A stretch of 64,000 nucleotides of DNA from the human T2T-CHM13v2.0 reference genome, Homo sapiens (GCF_009914755.1 NC_060933.1), one strand, 5' to 3'; positions 39,190-52,700 are shown, counted from the stretch's first letter. Notes: generated by a model from the sequence alone, not told the origin. Translations and numbers: made by a program.

Positions 39190-39889
39190 CTGGGTGGATA
39201 ATATGAATGCAAATAAGATTAGAAAGAAGAAGCATTAGTACGAGAAGAAGGAGGCTAGGGCTGGGGAGAAGAATTAAATTAGATTTACAGAATTAAATAA
39301 GGTCTTAAAAGAAACTTGAATTACTATATTGGTAAAACAGGAATATATTAGATAGTATTATTAGATCATAAAAAACAAGTTGCATTATACCACAGAGGGT
39401 AAAGACCGCAATAGGCAGCATTGCCTTTCTCAGAGAAGCAACTGAGTTTTCAGGTCTGGGGTCATATAGGGTTAGAATTATATCTTATATGCCTCATATC
39501 TCTTAAAAAAAAACTATACAATATTTTTAAAGACATAGTTTAGGAAAATACTGGCTAATCTATTTAAGTATATATATAGATATGCATATATATATATACT
39601 GTGATAGGAAACACTAAAGACTAACTGGAAACAAACATTGTTGATTGGATATCTTATACTACTTGCTATGCTACATTGGTGTGCCATAACTTGTGTACTA
39701 TTTAATTTTTCTGCACAGTGTTCTTACGATAACAGTTCTGTGGAGGTGTGTGTGGGAGCCACTACAGAGATCTGGTGTCTACACTGACAGTTAGTAAAAT
39801 GCATGCCATGCATTTTATTAATAATAATAATAATATTCTGGATATGGAAATTAGTGGGGTTGAAGTGCGCTTCAGAACTAAGCACTTAC

Positions 39890-39898
39890 CAATAGATT
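39890..39898 (-). CDS. PTPRD: PTPRD microexon meA3, 9 nt (AATCTATTG; ESI)
   Basis: ctccag|AATCTATTG|gtaagt with upstream pyrimidine tract and UGC at 39931-39933; gives the known ESI insert. Confidence 0.96.
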
Positions 39899-41135
39899 CT
39901 GGAGATTTAAATACGGAGAGAAGAAAGACAGCATAAAAATATTATTATATTCCTTATAATTTGGTACAAATTTTTCAGAGTTAAAGCTTTATATACTAAA
40001 TCATCTATGTTACATGTGAATAATTAATTCTTCATTTACAATAACAGAATGCTAATCTACACAATTCTGCTGACAACAAGCAAAAGAGGCAGTTAACAAG
40101 ACGCTTTAACATCACAGGACAGGTCAAAAGCTGAGAATTCTGGGAAGACAGGCAGTTAAACAACTTAGAATTCTATACCAATATTACTACCAATGTCAAA
40201 GTAAACAGCTTATTATTATATATCCCTGTGAAATTACCTAGGGACAGGCTCTAAAACTTAAGAAATTTAGAATTATCTCTACTTTTAATCTAAGAGAGCA
40301 AAGGCATAAACTTGGGATGGGAATGGGAAAAGGAGAAAAGGGTAAAGAGAGAGAGAAAACAGCAAAAGCTGGAGTCTACACCAAAAGCAGACTTCTGTAG
40401 ATCCAGTCACTGGAGGGTTCAAAAACCTTGACGGGCGCACACTACTGTGGCTAATGTGTAGAAAATGTTCACTCACAATGTTATTATCATAGTATTAATA
40501 AAAATCCCCTCCTTTTACTGGTATTTTCTAAAGACTTTTAAAAACATACATCTGGTTACTCATGAGATAACGTTTCTGTGTTTTTATGTATTAGTGAAAA
40601 GAAAGCAGATGTGCCCAGACTTACTAAACTTTGGTACTTTGATGAGTTCAAATGTAGAAAAGATAGCAGAAAACATACTTTAATAAAATTGAAACATTTT
40701 AGGGTTTAATATGAACATTTTATTTTTTAATGGATACAACCATTGGATCTCCTTGCAAGTTCTGAATGAAGTCCAATGTTGAAATAAATTTGTTTCAAAA
40801 GAAAACAGAGAAAGAAGAAAGAAAGAGGAGAAAATGGATCCATCAAATACTGCGAAAAAGCAGTAAATTAAAAAATTACCAAAAATACAGTCACAGCAGT
40901 GAGCAATGTGGATTAAACAGAAGCTGCAAAACACACAGAGAAAAGGAGAAAGACAGACTCTGAAACAGGCTATGACATCACAAACATGGACCACCCATTA
41001 AGTAACAGAGAAAGAGAAGAGGGAGAAAAATCAGTACCTAGAAATAAAAAATAAATTAAAATTAAAAATAAGGAGAGAGAAAAATTAAAAAAAAAAATTC
41101 TCTAGGAGTTAGTAGAAACAGTAACAAGACCCTAC

Positions 41136-41324
41136 CTGATCGTAACTGCTTAATACGACCATTGTTGTTGCTTGTGTCCACAGGTAAGAAATCTTTAAAC
41201 CAAGTGATTTCTGGATCCGGATTACCACTGGCTGCACAAAGCATGGTGGCCGTGCGAGTACGCTCAACCACCTTCAACTGTGGGCCCATGTCAATGGTAG
41301 GGAAGCCCCTGGGAATTTGATCTT
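41136..41324 (-). CDS. PTPRD: PTPRD exon, 189 nt, first part of Ig2 ([10 protein letters not shown]...RIKQLRS), phase 1-1
   Basis: ttgcag|AAGATCAA acceptor; TCAG|gtaggg donor; overlaps ORF 41062..41289. Confidence 0.98.
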
Positions 41325-42340
41325 CTGCAAGACAAAAGGTGATAGAAACATTCAGTTAATAAGTCAGATGCTCCAAATTCAAGAGATTCCCCAGAAATCT
41401 CTCTTTACCTTACTCAGTGCTTGTTGAGAACCTAACACAAACCAGGCACTAATAAATTAGAACACAGTCACAATGCTGCTACTGATCAGAAGAGTAAACA
41501 CTCTATGTAAGAGGCCAACAGACTAACACAGAGCTCAGACGGGGCCGACTATGATGAGGGGATGCAGTGAGTTTTCCAAGAGCAAAGAGGGAGAAATAAT
41601 TATAGGGTTTGTGCTTGAGATCAGTGAGTACCCAGAGGAAGCTCTGATTTAAAGTAGGCATTTAGGAAAGAACACAATCGGCCAAGTCACAAAAAGGGGA
41701 GAAGGAGATTTTAGAAAGATTCGGGAATGTCACAAGTGTAGGCATTGAGGTAGGAAAGGTTTTGCCGAGAGAGAAGCATGGAAGCCAACAGTGCCAGCTT
41801 GGAGAGTACTTGGGGAACAAGCAGAAGCTAGGTCACGCTATCTGTTTCAAAGCTGGTATGTTTTTCTTATAACTCTGTTTTCCCTCACAAGTATAAGGTT
41901 CAACCCAAATCGATTACTTTGTAAGAGCTTCAATTAACCAGAAAATTGTCTGAGGATGCTTTGAAAAAGAAGAGCAAAAGCAACTCCTTATTAATGGCAC
42001 AAAAACACATGTTCCTTACAGGGATAAGAGAATGCTTTCCTCCATCCCAAAGATCTGCATCATTTTCAGTAATTAAAAAGTTGAAATTCCTAAATTTTGA
42101 ATCTCCAACTCATGCAAAATTCACTTTTTGCTACCCACATCGAAACTGTTCCAGATCCCAGCTCTTGAGAAATTAAAATCACTTAAATCCCACAATCATG
42201 CTCCACACTGATAACTGACATTGCCAGCTCTTCTAGCCAGGATTAGAAAGGTGTGTTCTATCTAAGCATCGAAAGAATTTTAGTTAGATGGGTGGCAATT
42301 ATCCAAATTAGAACATGGCCATTTGTTTGAAGATCATGAA

Positions 42341-42444
42341 TTTTTGTTATTATACTTTAAGTTCTAGGGTACATATGCACAACGTGCAGGTTTGTTACAT
42401 ATGTACACATGTGCCATGTTGATTTGCTGTACCCATTAACTCGT
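42341..42444 (-). mobile_element. Extremely 5'-truncated L1PA 3' end (~104 nt) with TSD
   Basis: ttatactttaagttctagggtaca..gcacaacgtgcaggtttgttac; TSD gatcatgaa at 42332 and 42445. Confidence 0.9.
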
Positions 42445-45400
42445 GATCATGAAATATTTTTACTTCCAATTGAGTCTGGCATTGATTTAATCAATACCCC
42501 CTCACGGCCACTGATAAATTTTCATAAGCCACCAATTCTAAAATTACTCGAAAGCATAAACAGCAGCGAGCAGAACATTAGATATCATCAGATCTGGCAT
42601 ATCGCTTCTCCTTGGGTGCCTCCTACAAGCTCCAGTATAATCCATGAATTCACAGTTGATGGTGAATCATACTGAGGTTATGTTAGAATTTCTAATGAAG
42701 AAGCTCCATTTTGATGCCTCCACCGTGTTGCCAGTCAACAGCATGTGTTCTCCAACTCTCTCCCTCTAGAGCCGAGGGGTAAACTCAGTCTCCTAAACCT
42801 CACTAGCAAAGTCCTTTTCAATCAGGTCTCATTTTTCTCAGCCTCTTAGGGATCAACTCTCTCATAGGAAATTTTTCTTCTGCCCACATTGAAATTCTCA
42901 CCACTTCCCAGACAAATCATGTTTGCTGGGTACTCCGTGCTTCTAGGAAGCCACGCAGCCAAAGTCACCTTCTTTGTAAATCTTTTCCAAATTCTCTCAA
43001 ACATATTTCATTCTTTCCTCCTCAGAGCTACCATAGCAGCGGCTACTCAAATCCACTGTCTTGTACTTATTAACTCATGAGTTTATCCCTCCACACCAGG
43101 AGTTCTTCCATGTTTTATCTGTATTCTGCTCCCTTGCAATCATGCTAGCCTGGGTTTCCAGATTTTAAGAGAAACTCCACTGATTCCTAAGCCTAAGTAT
43201 GAATATATATCAGTGACTGTTTAAAAAATATATATATCCTACTATGCAGAACTTCTGGTAGAGAGGCAACCAGTTAAATAGTTAGGGACCAGAGAGATTC
43301 TGAATGTGAATGGCGAAAGAATGTAAGATGCTACCAAAGATTAAAGCTCCCAAGAAAGAGAAATTTCACTGAACAGATGCAGTTATTGTAAGATAAAATT
43401 GATGGACTATTAAGGAAAAGCGTAGACTCTGGCTCTCCCGCTGGGCAGGATAGAAAGTTTCTATCTTTTACTAACACAGTCTGTGAAGGACCAAAAGAAG
43501 CTGAGGCAAGTTTGATTTGACACCTGATTCATGACATAATACCTTCCTATCAGACCAGGTAGTTAGGGCCGGGTACTAAACACACTTATAAAAATAATTA
43601 ACTGCAATGAGCTGAACTTCACTTAAGTTGAAAGATGTGGCTCATTTGTGGAAGCAGTAATACATTGTTTTTGTGAATGTTTACACATCGTCAGCCAAGC
43701 AGAGGTCTACAGTAGACAAGTGTCAGAAACAGTAGTTAAAAATTGAATTTCAAGATGATTTTTCAAGGCTCCAAGAGAAAGTTAAAAATTAAAAGTGGGA
43801 TGCAAATTAGGCTATGCTGGTTTTAATAATCTATTCCACATGAATTTCATCAGGCTGTTCTTTATGGCTTTAAAGGTTTTGCCAATATATTTACATCTAC
43901 AACATAGTTCTGATGTTGCTGGGGGGAAAAAGGAGCAGAAAGATCAATAGCTGCTATACCACACACGTTATGTTATTAAATATCTCACTTGGCAGCTATT
44001 GACACAAAGTGCTTCAAAGGATAAAAGTAATTTACCTCAAGTGCTCCAACACCAACTATACCGCCTTCATAAAAATGAGTTTCTGAAAAAGCTCTTAGAT
44101 TTTGTTGTTGTTATGTTCCATTTTTAAAGCAACCAACTTAGGTTAATCAAAAATCACCTTGCGATTCCTGAGTGGTTTCTGTATGTCCTAGGACACTGTA
44201 TCTCTCCCATGGTGTTTAAGTACTAGTTACATTTGCCTGCATAAATACTGCTCTGCTAGTCATTACTTTTCTTCTACAAGTTCATCTCTCGGAAGAACTG
44301 AGCCAATATTCAGTGCTGATCAGTGGCAAGTGCCAAAGGCTTAAGATTGTTAAGCCACTTACTAAAGGCTCTTACCAAAGAAATCTAGATTTAATAACCG
44401 TTTATAAGAAATATAGTCCTCACCTTGGGGATAGCCGACAAAATTGACTTGTACCTTCCTGAAAAGCAGTCTAATACATTTTCATGACCTTTCTCTTCCT
44501 TCCTGGCTCATAAAGAACACTCCAGAGCCCCCTTTTCATATACACGAGTGCACAACAAAGATAATCTTTCTTGCATACTAATGGGACAGAAAATGTAAAG
44601 AGCGTTCCTTTCTTATTTTTAATAAGGGTAATTAAATTCTATCCATCCCCCTTTGCACAGAATCTCTTTGAATGCACTTTCTTCGTTAAATTTTCATGAG
44701 AAACATCACAATGTAACAGATTCAAATAGCCAGAGCTGTTACACGTTGACAGTTGTGGCTTGTTTCCAATTTGACTGTCAGGTATTTGGCAATAAAACTC
44801 AGTATTCAACATAAAACAAACTGTAGAAATAATGAAATTTCTAATTGGAATGCTTATCTCCGTGGGTGTAGTTTAGAAGACGTTAATTGCTTTTTTCTTC
44901 ACCTTCCACATTTATTAGTGATTTATATAAAACTGCCTTGGCCATTTGATAACATCAATTTTGACGGCTCCTCAAATGTGTGGTACCAGGAACTTGGGAA
45001 TCAAATCAATATCCTTAATAACTTAACCACACAAACTTTCACAGGAAAAAGCAGCTAGCAAAAATTAACAAATTGTCAATATGCTAGTAGCTTTAAACTT
45101 TTACATGAGGTGAAAAGAAAAACATTTTGTCCTATTCATTAATGTGCTCATTAAGCTTTAAAGTGCCTTACTTATCACTGTTCCATATTAATATTCAATC
45201 ATGCAGAATTAGCTACTAATTCATCAACCATTTAAATCAGACTTGACCTTCACAAAGCCATTTGTTCTGTCATTTTGAGAGGCCATTAAAGGGCAGATTA
45301 CTACATACTTGTGCTTAGTGAATCATAGAGTCATACATATTTTGTTTGGAATGGCAGCTATAATAGACCTGGAAATATAGCACCCTCTTTGAATCTGTTG

Positions 45401-48400
45401 GTATCTTAATGAAATATGCTGATACAAAACTTTCAGTTCCATTAAGGAAAGAGAAAAATGAATGTAAGCATCTTCCAGAGTTAACTTCCCATTGTGGTAG
45501 AACTTATTAACAACCCTGACCTACCCAGGACTTGAAAGGAATGAATCCATGAGGAAAATAGTCTGACACTGTTTTGTAGGTAGTCATGCCTTACATATCT
45601 GTGAATGATCAAGTAACAGGTTTTACATGATTTGTTCACTTAAACTGTTTTCACTGTTCATGCATAAACAATATTAACGATGCTCTTACTTTCACTCCAC
45701 TTTCACAAACACTGAATCTCTTCTTTGTAAGGAAGCCAGGAAAATCTGAATTGCCTGCTAAGGCTACAGGCTCCTTCCAAGGTGGTCCTAAGTAGCTCTT
45801 CTTGCCTAATCTTGCTAGGGCTCTTGCTGCGTGAATTCAACCAGACTAGTCCTTTGACTCTGACCCCAACTGATTTAACGAAGTCTTCAATAAAGAACTG
45901 TTTGCCATGGTATTGGGAAAAATCCCAATTTTTAAGATTAATACAAATATGTTTATAAAGAAAAAGCGTGTCAATTACATCAATTACATCAATGCTTCTT
46001 CAAGTGCAGTATTTAAAAATTTGGCAAGTATACCTGAACACTTAGATATTATTGACAATACAGAGGTTTTGGCAGTAATGGCAGTACAATAAAACAAAAA
46101 CACAATATGGATGAAGAGACAAGCAGCTGTTATCATGAAGCATTCATCCCCTGGAATTACTTTTCTAAGTTTCAAACAGTTCAGAGTGGCTCCTCTTTAA
46201 AAGTCCCCAAATAGTGTTATCAATAAACCGTAATAATAGTTAGTATGTAAGTGTGAACTCTTACAAGCTCACAGGAGGGCAGGAGCTATTTGTTACTTTC
46301 TTCGTAACCTTCCCAATGTTCAACAAATACTCACAATTAGACATTTTTATGATGCTTTGACAATTACTTTTTCAGCACTCACTCATGAGGTATCTCTCAA
46401 TTCCTCCTGGAATGTCATTCATTGAAATACCATTCCTCAATGCCACTCACTGAAACAGTCATTCTTCAACTGTTTGTGACTACACATTTGGCCTCCTTGA
46501 GTATCAGTCTATTAAGAGGCAAAGCTATCTCATAGTCTCATTATTTTAGTGTCATAAGGAGTATTAGAATTAGAGACTTAAAAAATGGCTGTTTGTGACT
46601 TTATTTTCACAATCTTTAGTTTCGTCAGCAAGTGATTTTCCTTCCATTGAGAATATGCAATTTATGCTTTTAATTTATCACGGTTGCTATGTGAGAAGCA
46701 CACAATTTAGTCCTTGCTTCCTTCATTTTACAGGAGGCTTTCCCTCATATATTGGTTTTCAGTTCCTACGTGTCAGAAGCATGACCACATGACAAAACCA
46801 CATGTATAAACACAATGACACTGCAAAGAACACAATAGAACACGTATCTATATTCTACTGTTATTCTATCTATAGAATAACAATGGAATTCTTGGTGTTG
46901 AAACTAATGGCTAAAAAAGCCCAGGAGTGAACCACTCAGTTTTTTTGTTGAGGCAAACACTGTGGGTCTTCCTTCACTGACAGGAATACAGATTTCTAAG
47001 TCACTGGATATCTTACGGTTTGAGTCATTCATATACTCTCACAGAACAAGAGTGATTTCTTTTCTTTGACGGGTGGAAAGACTGAGTGAGAAAAGTTTTC
47101 ATTAACATAAGAAAACAAGAAAAATGATAGACGAGTAATATGCAGCGTATTTTTAAAATGACATTCCTAGAGTATATATATATACACACACACACACACA
47201 CTAGGACTGTCATTTTAATATATATAATACATATATGGACTTTTTCACGTGTCAGAGAATCAGTAGTGTTCTATGCAGCAGAAAGTCAGTGGATTTTTAT
47301 ACTTAAGAAAAAGTACGAACTTTCTCGGAAAATTTAAATACACATTGGTCTTAAGGTGGTCAAATAAGGTGGCCAAATAGATACTTTAAAACAAGATATT
47401 TATGAAAATTACACCATATATTGAAACAAGAAGATAATTTGAACTATTAGTTCTAAAAACCTACCGGATAGTCAACAGATGGCATCATTCATTCTACAAA
47501 TATTTATTGAAGGCCTCCTTTGTGCTGGACTGGGCCAGGCACTGGGTATGAAGTAATCTAGATAATCTCTATATTGTTGTGATTTAATTGTATCTGCAGG
47601 ATAATTAGCTTCTTTGAAAGTAATAATAGTACCAAGCACATACACAGGAAGATTGAATTAGATGATGCATTAAATGTGCCTAGTGCTGCCTGGCACTAGT
47701 GTCTGGCATCTAGTAAAATACTAGCATATATGTACTTGCTTTATTCCAAGCTCCATCAATAGATCTAAAGGGATCAGAGGCATGTGACTCTAAGGCTTGA
47801 TCAAACAAGTAGTGCAGCAATAAACTGCAAATGAGAAATTATTCTATGCAAATCATAAAAAACAGGGGTTATCTAGACACGCAACTAAATTTAAAGCATA
47901 GTGTTTGTGCCAAGTAACCTCTGCAAAGCTAATAAATACCCTCTTTTCCCTTTGAACAAGATTTTAGGCTCTTTGATTAATCAACAGTACAAATAAATAA
48001 AATCCATATTGTCAGATGATTTGTTCCTAAAAATGAATTTTAAAAATAGCTCTAAATATTTGGGATGTCAAAGGTTGTTGTGAACAACTGAAAACACTGG
48101 AACCAACTGTTTTTCCCTATATCATGGCAGGCATTTTTCTTTTAGTTATTCAGGGAAGGGGCATTAAGTATTCCTCATCTTGGGGAGTAGGTCATGTTAA
48201 GAAGGCTATATGGCTTTCTTAAAGAAAATAGTTTTTAAAAAGATGATGCCAAGAAGTCAGAGTTTTGTTTTTTCATCTCAAAAGTTTCTTAACATTCTGA
48301 AAATAACTGTTTGGGGAAAATGATATAAATCAAGAAACACCTCTGTACAAAGTCTCCATAAACTAGTTCTAATAGCTCCATTAATTGTTCAGCTCTGGAG

Positions 48401-48935
48401 AGGGGAAATCTCTCGATGAGATTTGTCTAATATGATGCTCTTACTAAATCCCACCTTTAACAGAATGGAATTTAGTCAGAAGATCATATTAGACAAATTT
48501 AAAATTTTACCTAATGCAAAGCACTATAATGCCCAGTATCTCTAAAATACAAATATTTGAACCTTATTAGAGTTCCTTGAGGTAAATAAGGATGGTATCA
48601 TTATCATTTTTTTGTGGCTATAAAACAAAAACTCAGTAATATTGTTATTTGTTTCATATCCTACATGTAGTAAAAAATTAAAGAAAGTCTTTCAGCTCTA
48701 GATTTGGTGTCTTTTTATTGTGTCATGTTTCCTCTATGCAAATTGCTATTCTTCAAATAAATCTTCATCATGTAGTGATGAAACTCTTAATCACAGTCAA
48801 CTCATGAATGGGACAACAAAAGAGTTTGAATACTTGGTCATCCTTTACTTTTATTTTTTAAATGGCATGGACTAGATACGCAAGTTCCATGAGATGTAAT
48901 AATACTTTAAAAATAGATCTACATTTTAAAAATCC

Positions 48936-49022
48936 ACATATATATACATACATACACACACACATATACACACACATATATACGTATATAAATGTATATA
49001 TGTGTGTGTGTATATACATATG
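48936..49022. repeat. Compound (TA)/(CA)/(TG) microsatellite
   Basis: Seen directly. Confidence 0.85.
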
Positions 49023-51091
49023 TTATAGGCTTCTCATTCCCTCAGGATTGGTTCTAGAAGAGACAGAATTCTGCCATGTCTGTTAGCCAGTACAAGGTAG
49101 ATGAGAAATGGAAGAGTGTGAAAAGGCTGATAAATGTCAAGTAATTTTCCTAGAGAGCTGAGATTTAGTACTGTGCCTATACCTTTAGCCCTTCTGTAAT
49201 TTCTACTTAATTACCTAGGAAGGGCTGAGAATGGCGGGCCTTCTGCCATGAGCAGGCACCAAAAGTCAGTACAGAGACCAGAAAAGCAGATATAAGTAGA
49301 CCTAACATATCTACCCTATGACTTTGGGCCACAAGGTCCCTCTTCGGTTTATGGGACTAATAATGACTACTCCAAAGCTTTATCTGGACAGGGAGACAGA
49401 TCAGTGTCTCAGAGGCTGGAAGGCAGAGGATTATCATAGTGTATTTGCTACTTTGTCGAACAATGAGTTTTCAAGTCATTACATTTCAAAATGAATCACA
49501 GTATCAGGCTACAAACAAGGACCACCATTTTCTTTCCAGAATACAGTCCTTGAAGAAGAGGAAAAAACATTCTTTTCTTAAAGGAAACAGTGTAAATAAA
49601 GCTTTTATTTTCACCATTCCAGATGGCAGCAGGGTATAATTTGTACTGTGTTGACATCATGACCATTATTATTCAAAGTCAATTTTCCTGTAAGTGAATT
49701 GAATAAGGGACTGAAAACAGAAAAATAAAGAGCAAAGAAATAAAAGCTAAATCACCGTTTTCTAGCAAAGTTGGGCTCTTGGGCCATTATCGAAATGTTA
49801 CGCATATGAATAAAATTGAAAAAATCATATAGTTTCTAATTACAAATCAAATGCTAGTCCAGTCAGCAAGAAACTATATAAAGCAGAAAAAAAAACTGAC
49901 AGTTAATACATGACATTCCAAATGGAACATACGATAAATATAAGATCTGTTCCCAAAAAAGTAATTATGAACAAGATACAAAAATTTTTTTCCCAAGGTC
50001 CTCTTTGCAAGTTATTACATACAGATAGTATGCTTGTCTTAATATGGCTATAAATCAATCAGCTAAGCTTTTATTTCAGAGTAGATTTAGGTATCTCTTA
50101 AAGGCAGTCACTGGATACAAGAGTCTCGAAAGATTTCTCATAGAATTATGCCATGCAGGAATAGAAAATTGGACATTGTTAAGCTAAGAGCCTCATTAGC
50201 AGCTACTAAATATTCAGCATACCAACCAGCTACCCACAGAGCATTCCAGAGCAAAGCTCCATTTTATGAAATATTCCTCACATTTTGAGGAGTTTGCAAG
50301 GTACTCCGGGCAGAGAATAAAACAAACTGTTTAGAAGCAATGCATGCAATCATCCTACAAATTACAAAGTAATGTCTACATAGCAGAACATAAACCCCAG
50401 TTAGATTTAATTATCATTTGTCTAAATGTGGTAGCTCCAAGTTTACATTGCATTAAGTTAAGGCATACTGTTATTAGTGCTCGGCCTGAGCAAATGATTA
50501 CCCTTTTTGTGATTCATAATCAAATAAACGCATTGAGAAAAAAAAGAAGTACCTTCTCCTCCTACCTAGTAACACTATTAATACCTGAACGTTTAACTAA
50601 ATACTTAGGCATCAGGGAAACACATTTATTCCCTTCTTTGGGATTCATTTAGATAAAATCCAATATCCATCCACTTTCACAAATCTCATTATTCCCTATC
50701 AATTTATATTTATCAACAAGCAGGTGTCATTATACTCACCCTTTACATCCATCCAAATGTTTACCTTACTTTGAATATTCAAATAATTAACCACTTTACC
50801 GAAATGTATATTTAAATCATAAAATGAATTTTATTATTTTTAGAAAATAATTTTTTATTCTTGTTTTTTAGAAAAAGAGGCACAAAGACAAAAATAGTAA
50901 ACAAGGAAAGAGACTTGGATTTGGATCCTGCATCCATTATTTGTTAGCTTTGTAAAAAGTTACAAACCAACAAGCTCAATCAAATGGGACTACAGAAAAC
51001 ATTCAATGTGGTTTCTTCACCATATTTTGGTAAATATAAGTATATATGAATAAATTTTCTAAGCCATCAAATGTTATAAAAAAAAGAAAAT

Positions 51092-52700
51092 CAGAATCAA
51101 TTGTGTAGTGTTGGATTGGAACTAATAGTGTTGGTGTGAACACCTAGTTTTAAATATATATGTACACACATATATATATACATTTGTATACATATACTAT
51201 ACATATTTTAAATATATATGTATACATATATATATGACTTGTAAATGAGTATGCATGCACAAACATACATTCTTTATATAAACTTAGCAAAGACATCTTC
51301 CCTAGCTGAACCAAGAGAGGCTGGGAGCAGTAATACCCAGTAGCAATGGTCACACCTTGTATTCAGATCTTGGTTTCTAAATACCATTCTCCAGTTGAAA
51401 GGAAACACTTTCCTTTCAGAAAGCTTCCCTTCAGAAAACTCCTTAGAGAAATCACTGATTCCAATTAGGACTGGAACAAGCAAAGAATGAGACTGGAACA
51501 AGCAAGGAATGAGAACAAGCAAAGAAGACACAACTTATCCTGTTGTATAAGAAAATACTCAAAGAATGAAAGGTATATACTAAATGTACACAGAAGCCAG
51601 CTTAAAGGGGCTCTTATTGACCAAATATTGGACAACTTGAACACGAAAATTAAAAAAGACAGTATTAACAAGTTATAACACACTGAATAAAATAAAGACA
51701 TGCATCCATACTGATATAAATAACTGAGTAAATTAAAAGTTTCAGGAGAAATAGTATCTTTACATAGTATCAAAGGGACTCCCTACATAAATTTATTAAA
51801 TATAAAGAAAGCAGTCTGTGAGAGATTAAATGATAGGGAAAGTCTTAAGCATCTCCTAGATTTGCAGTATGCAATTAGAAACCAAAAATGATGCTCCTTA
51901 TGCTGCTGCTGATGCCAATGATATTAATTTAGAAAATAATGCTCCCATTTACATGATTTTGCTGTATTCTAAGCACGGTAGTAGTCCTAAAAATACCATT
52001 AAAGACAAATAATTTTGAAGTTTTAAATTTTAAAAATTTTAACTATTTTTAAAATAATAATAAAATATGTAAAGAAAAATTAGTAACTTTACATTGGAGA
52101 AGGCTTACAGAAACAACCTTGATTAAAAAATCAAAGTTAATAACACCAGTAAAGGGATAATTCAAATTCTTGTGCTGAGAAAAATATAACATCACTTCCA
52201 CAATATTCCTGGAAAAGAGTCACAACCTAAATATGACCACCAGTAAACATCAGCAAAACCCCAAACAAGAACATTTTGTTAAATAACAGGCTCGTTATCT
52301 TCAAAACTATCATGGTCAGAAATGTCAAAGAAAGACTGAGGAACTCTTCCAGGTTGACAAGTACAAAATACAATTCTGAACTGGAGCCTCTGTGGAAAAT
52401 TATAAAAACTTGAATGGCGATAACTGGTGAAACACAAGTAAGAACAACTGGAAAAATGTGATCAAAAGTGAATGCGGATCTAAGAATTAGATGGTTATGA
52501 TGCATCAGTGTTTACTTCCTGATTTCGATAGTCCCATTGTAGTTAGGTAGGAGAATGCCTTGTTTGTATAAATCTGAGTATTTGGGAATGACAGGCAAGG
52601 CATCATGTCGGCAATTAACTCTCTAACAGTTCAGGAATAATAAGTTCTTTGTACTGTAGTTTCTACTTTTCTATAAGATTGGGATCATTTCAAAATTTTA
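51092..52700 (+). mobile_element. Old L1M (L1MC-like) 3' region fragments, interrupted around 51790-52075
   Basis: cccagtagcaatg..cagatcttggtttctaaataccattctccag and aatcaaagttaa..catcactt..gttctttgtactgt motifs. Confidence 0.65.
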
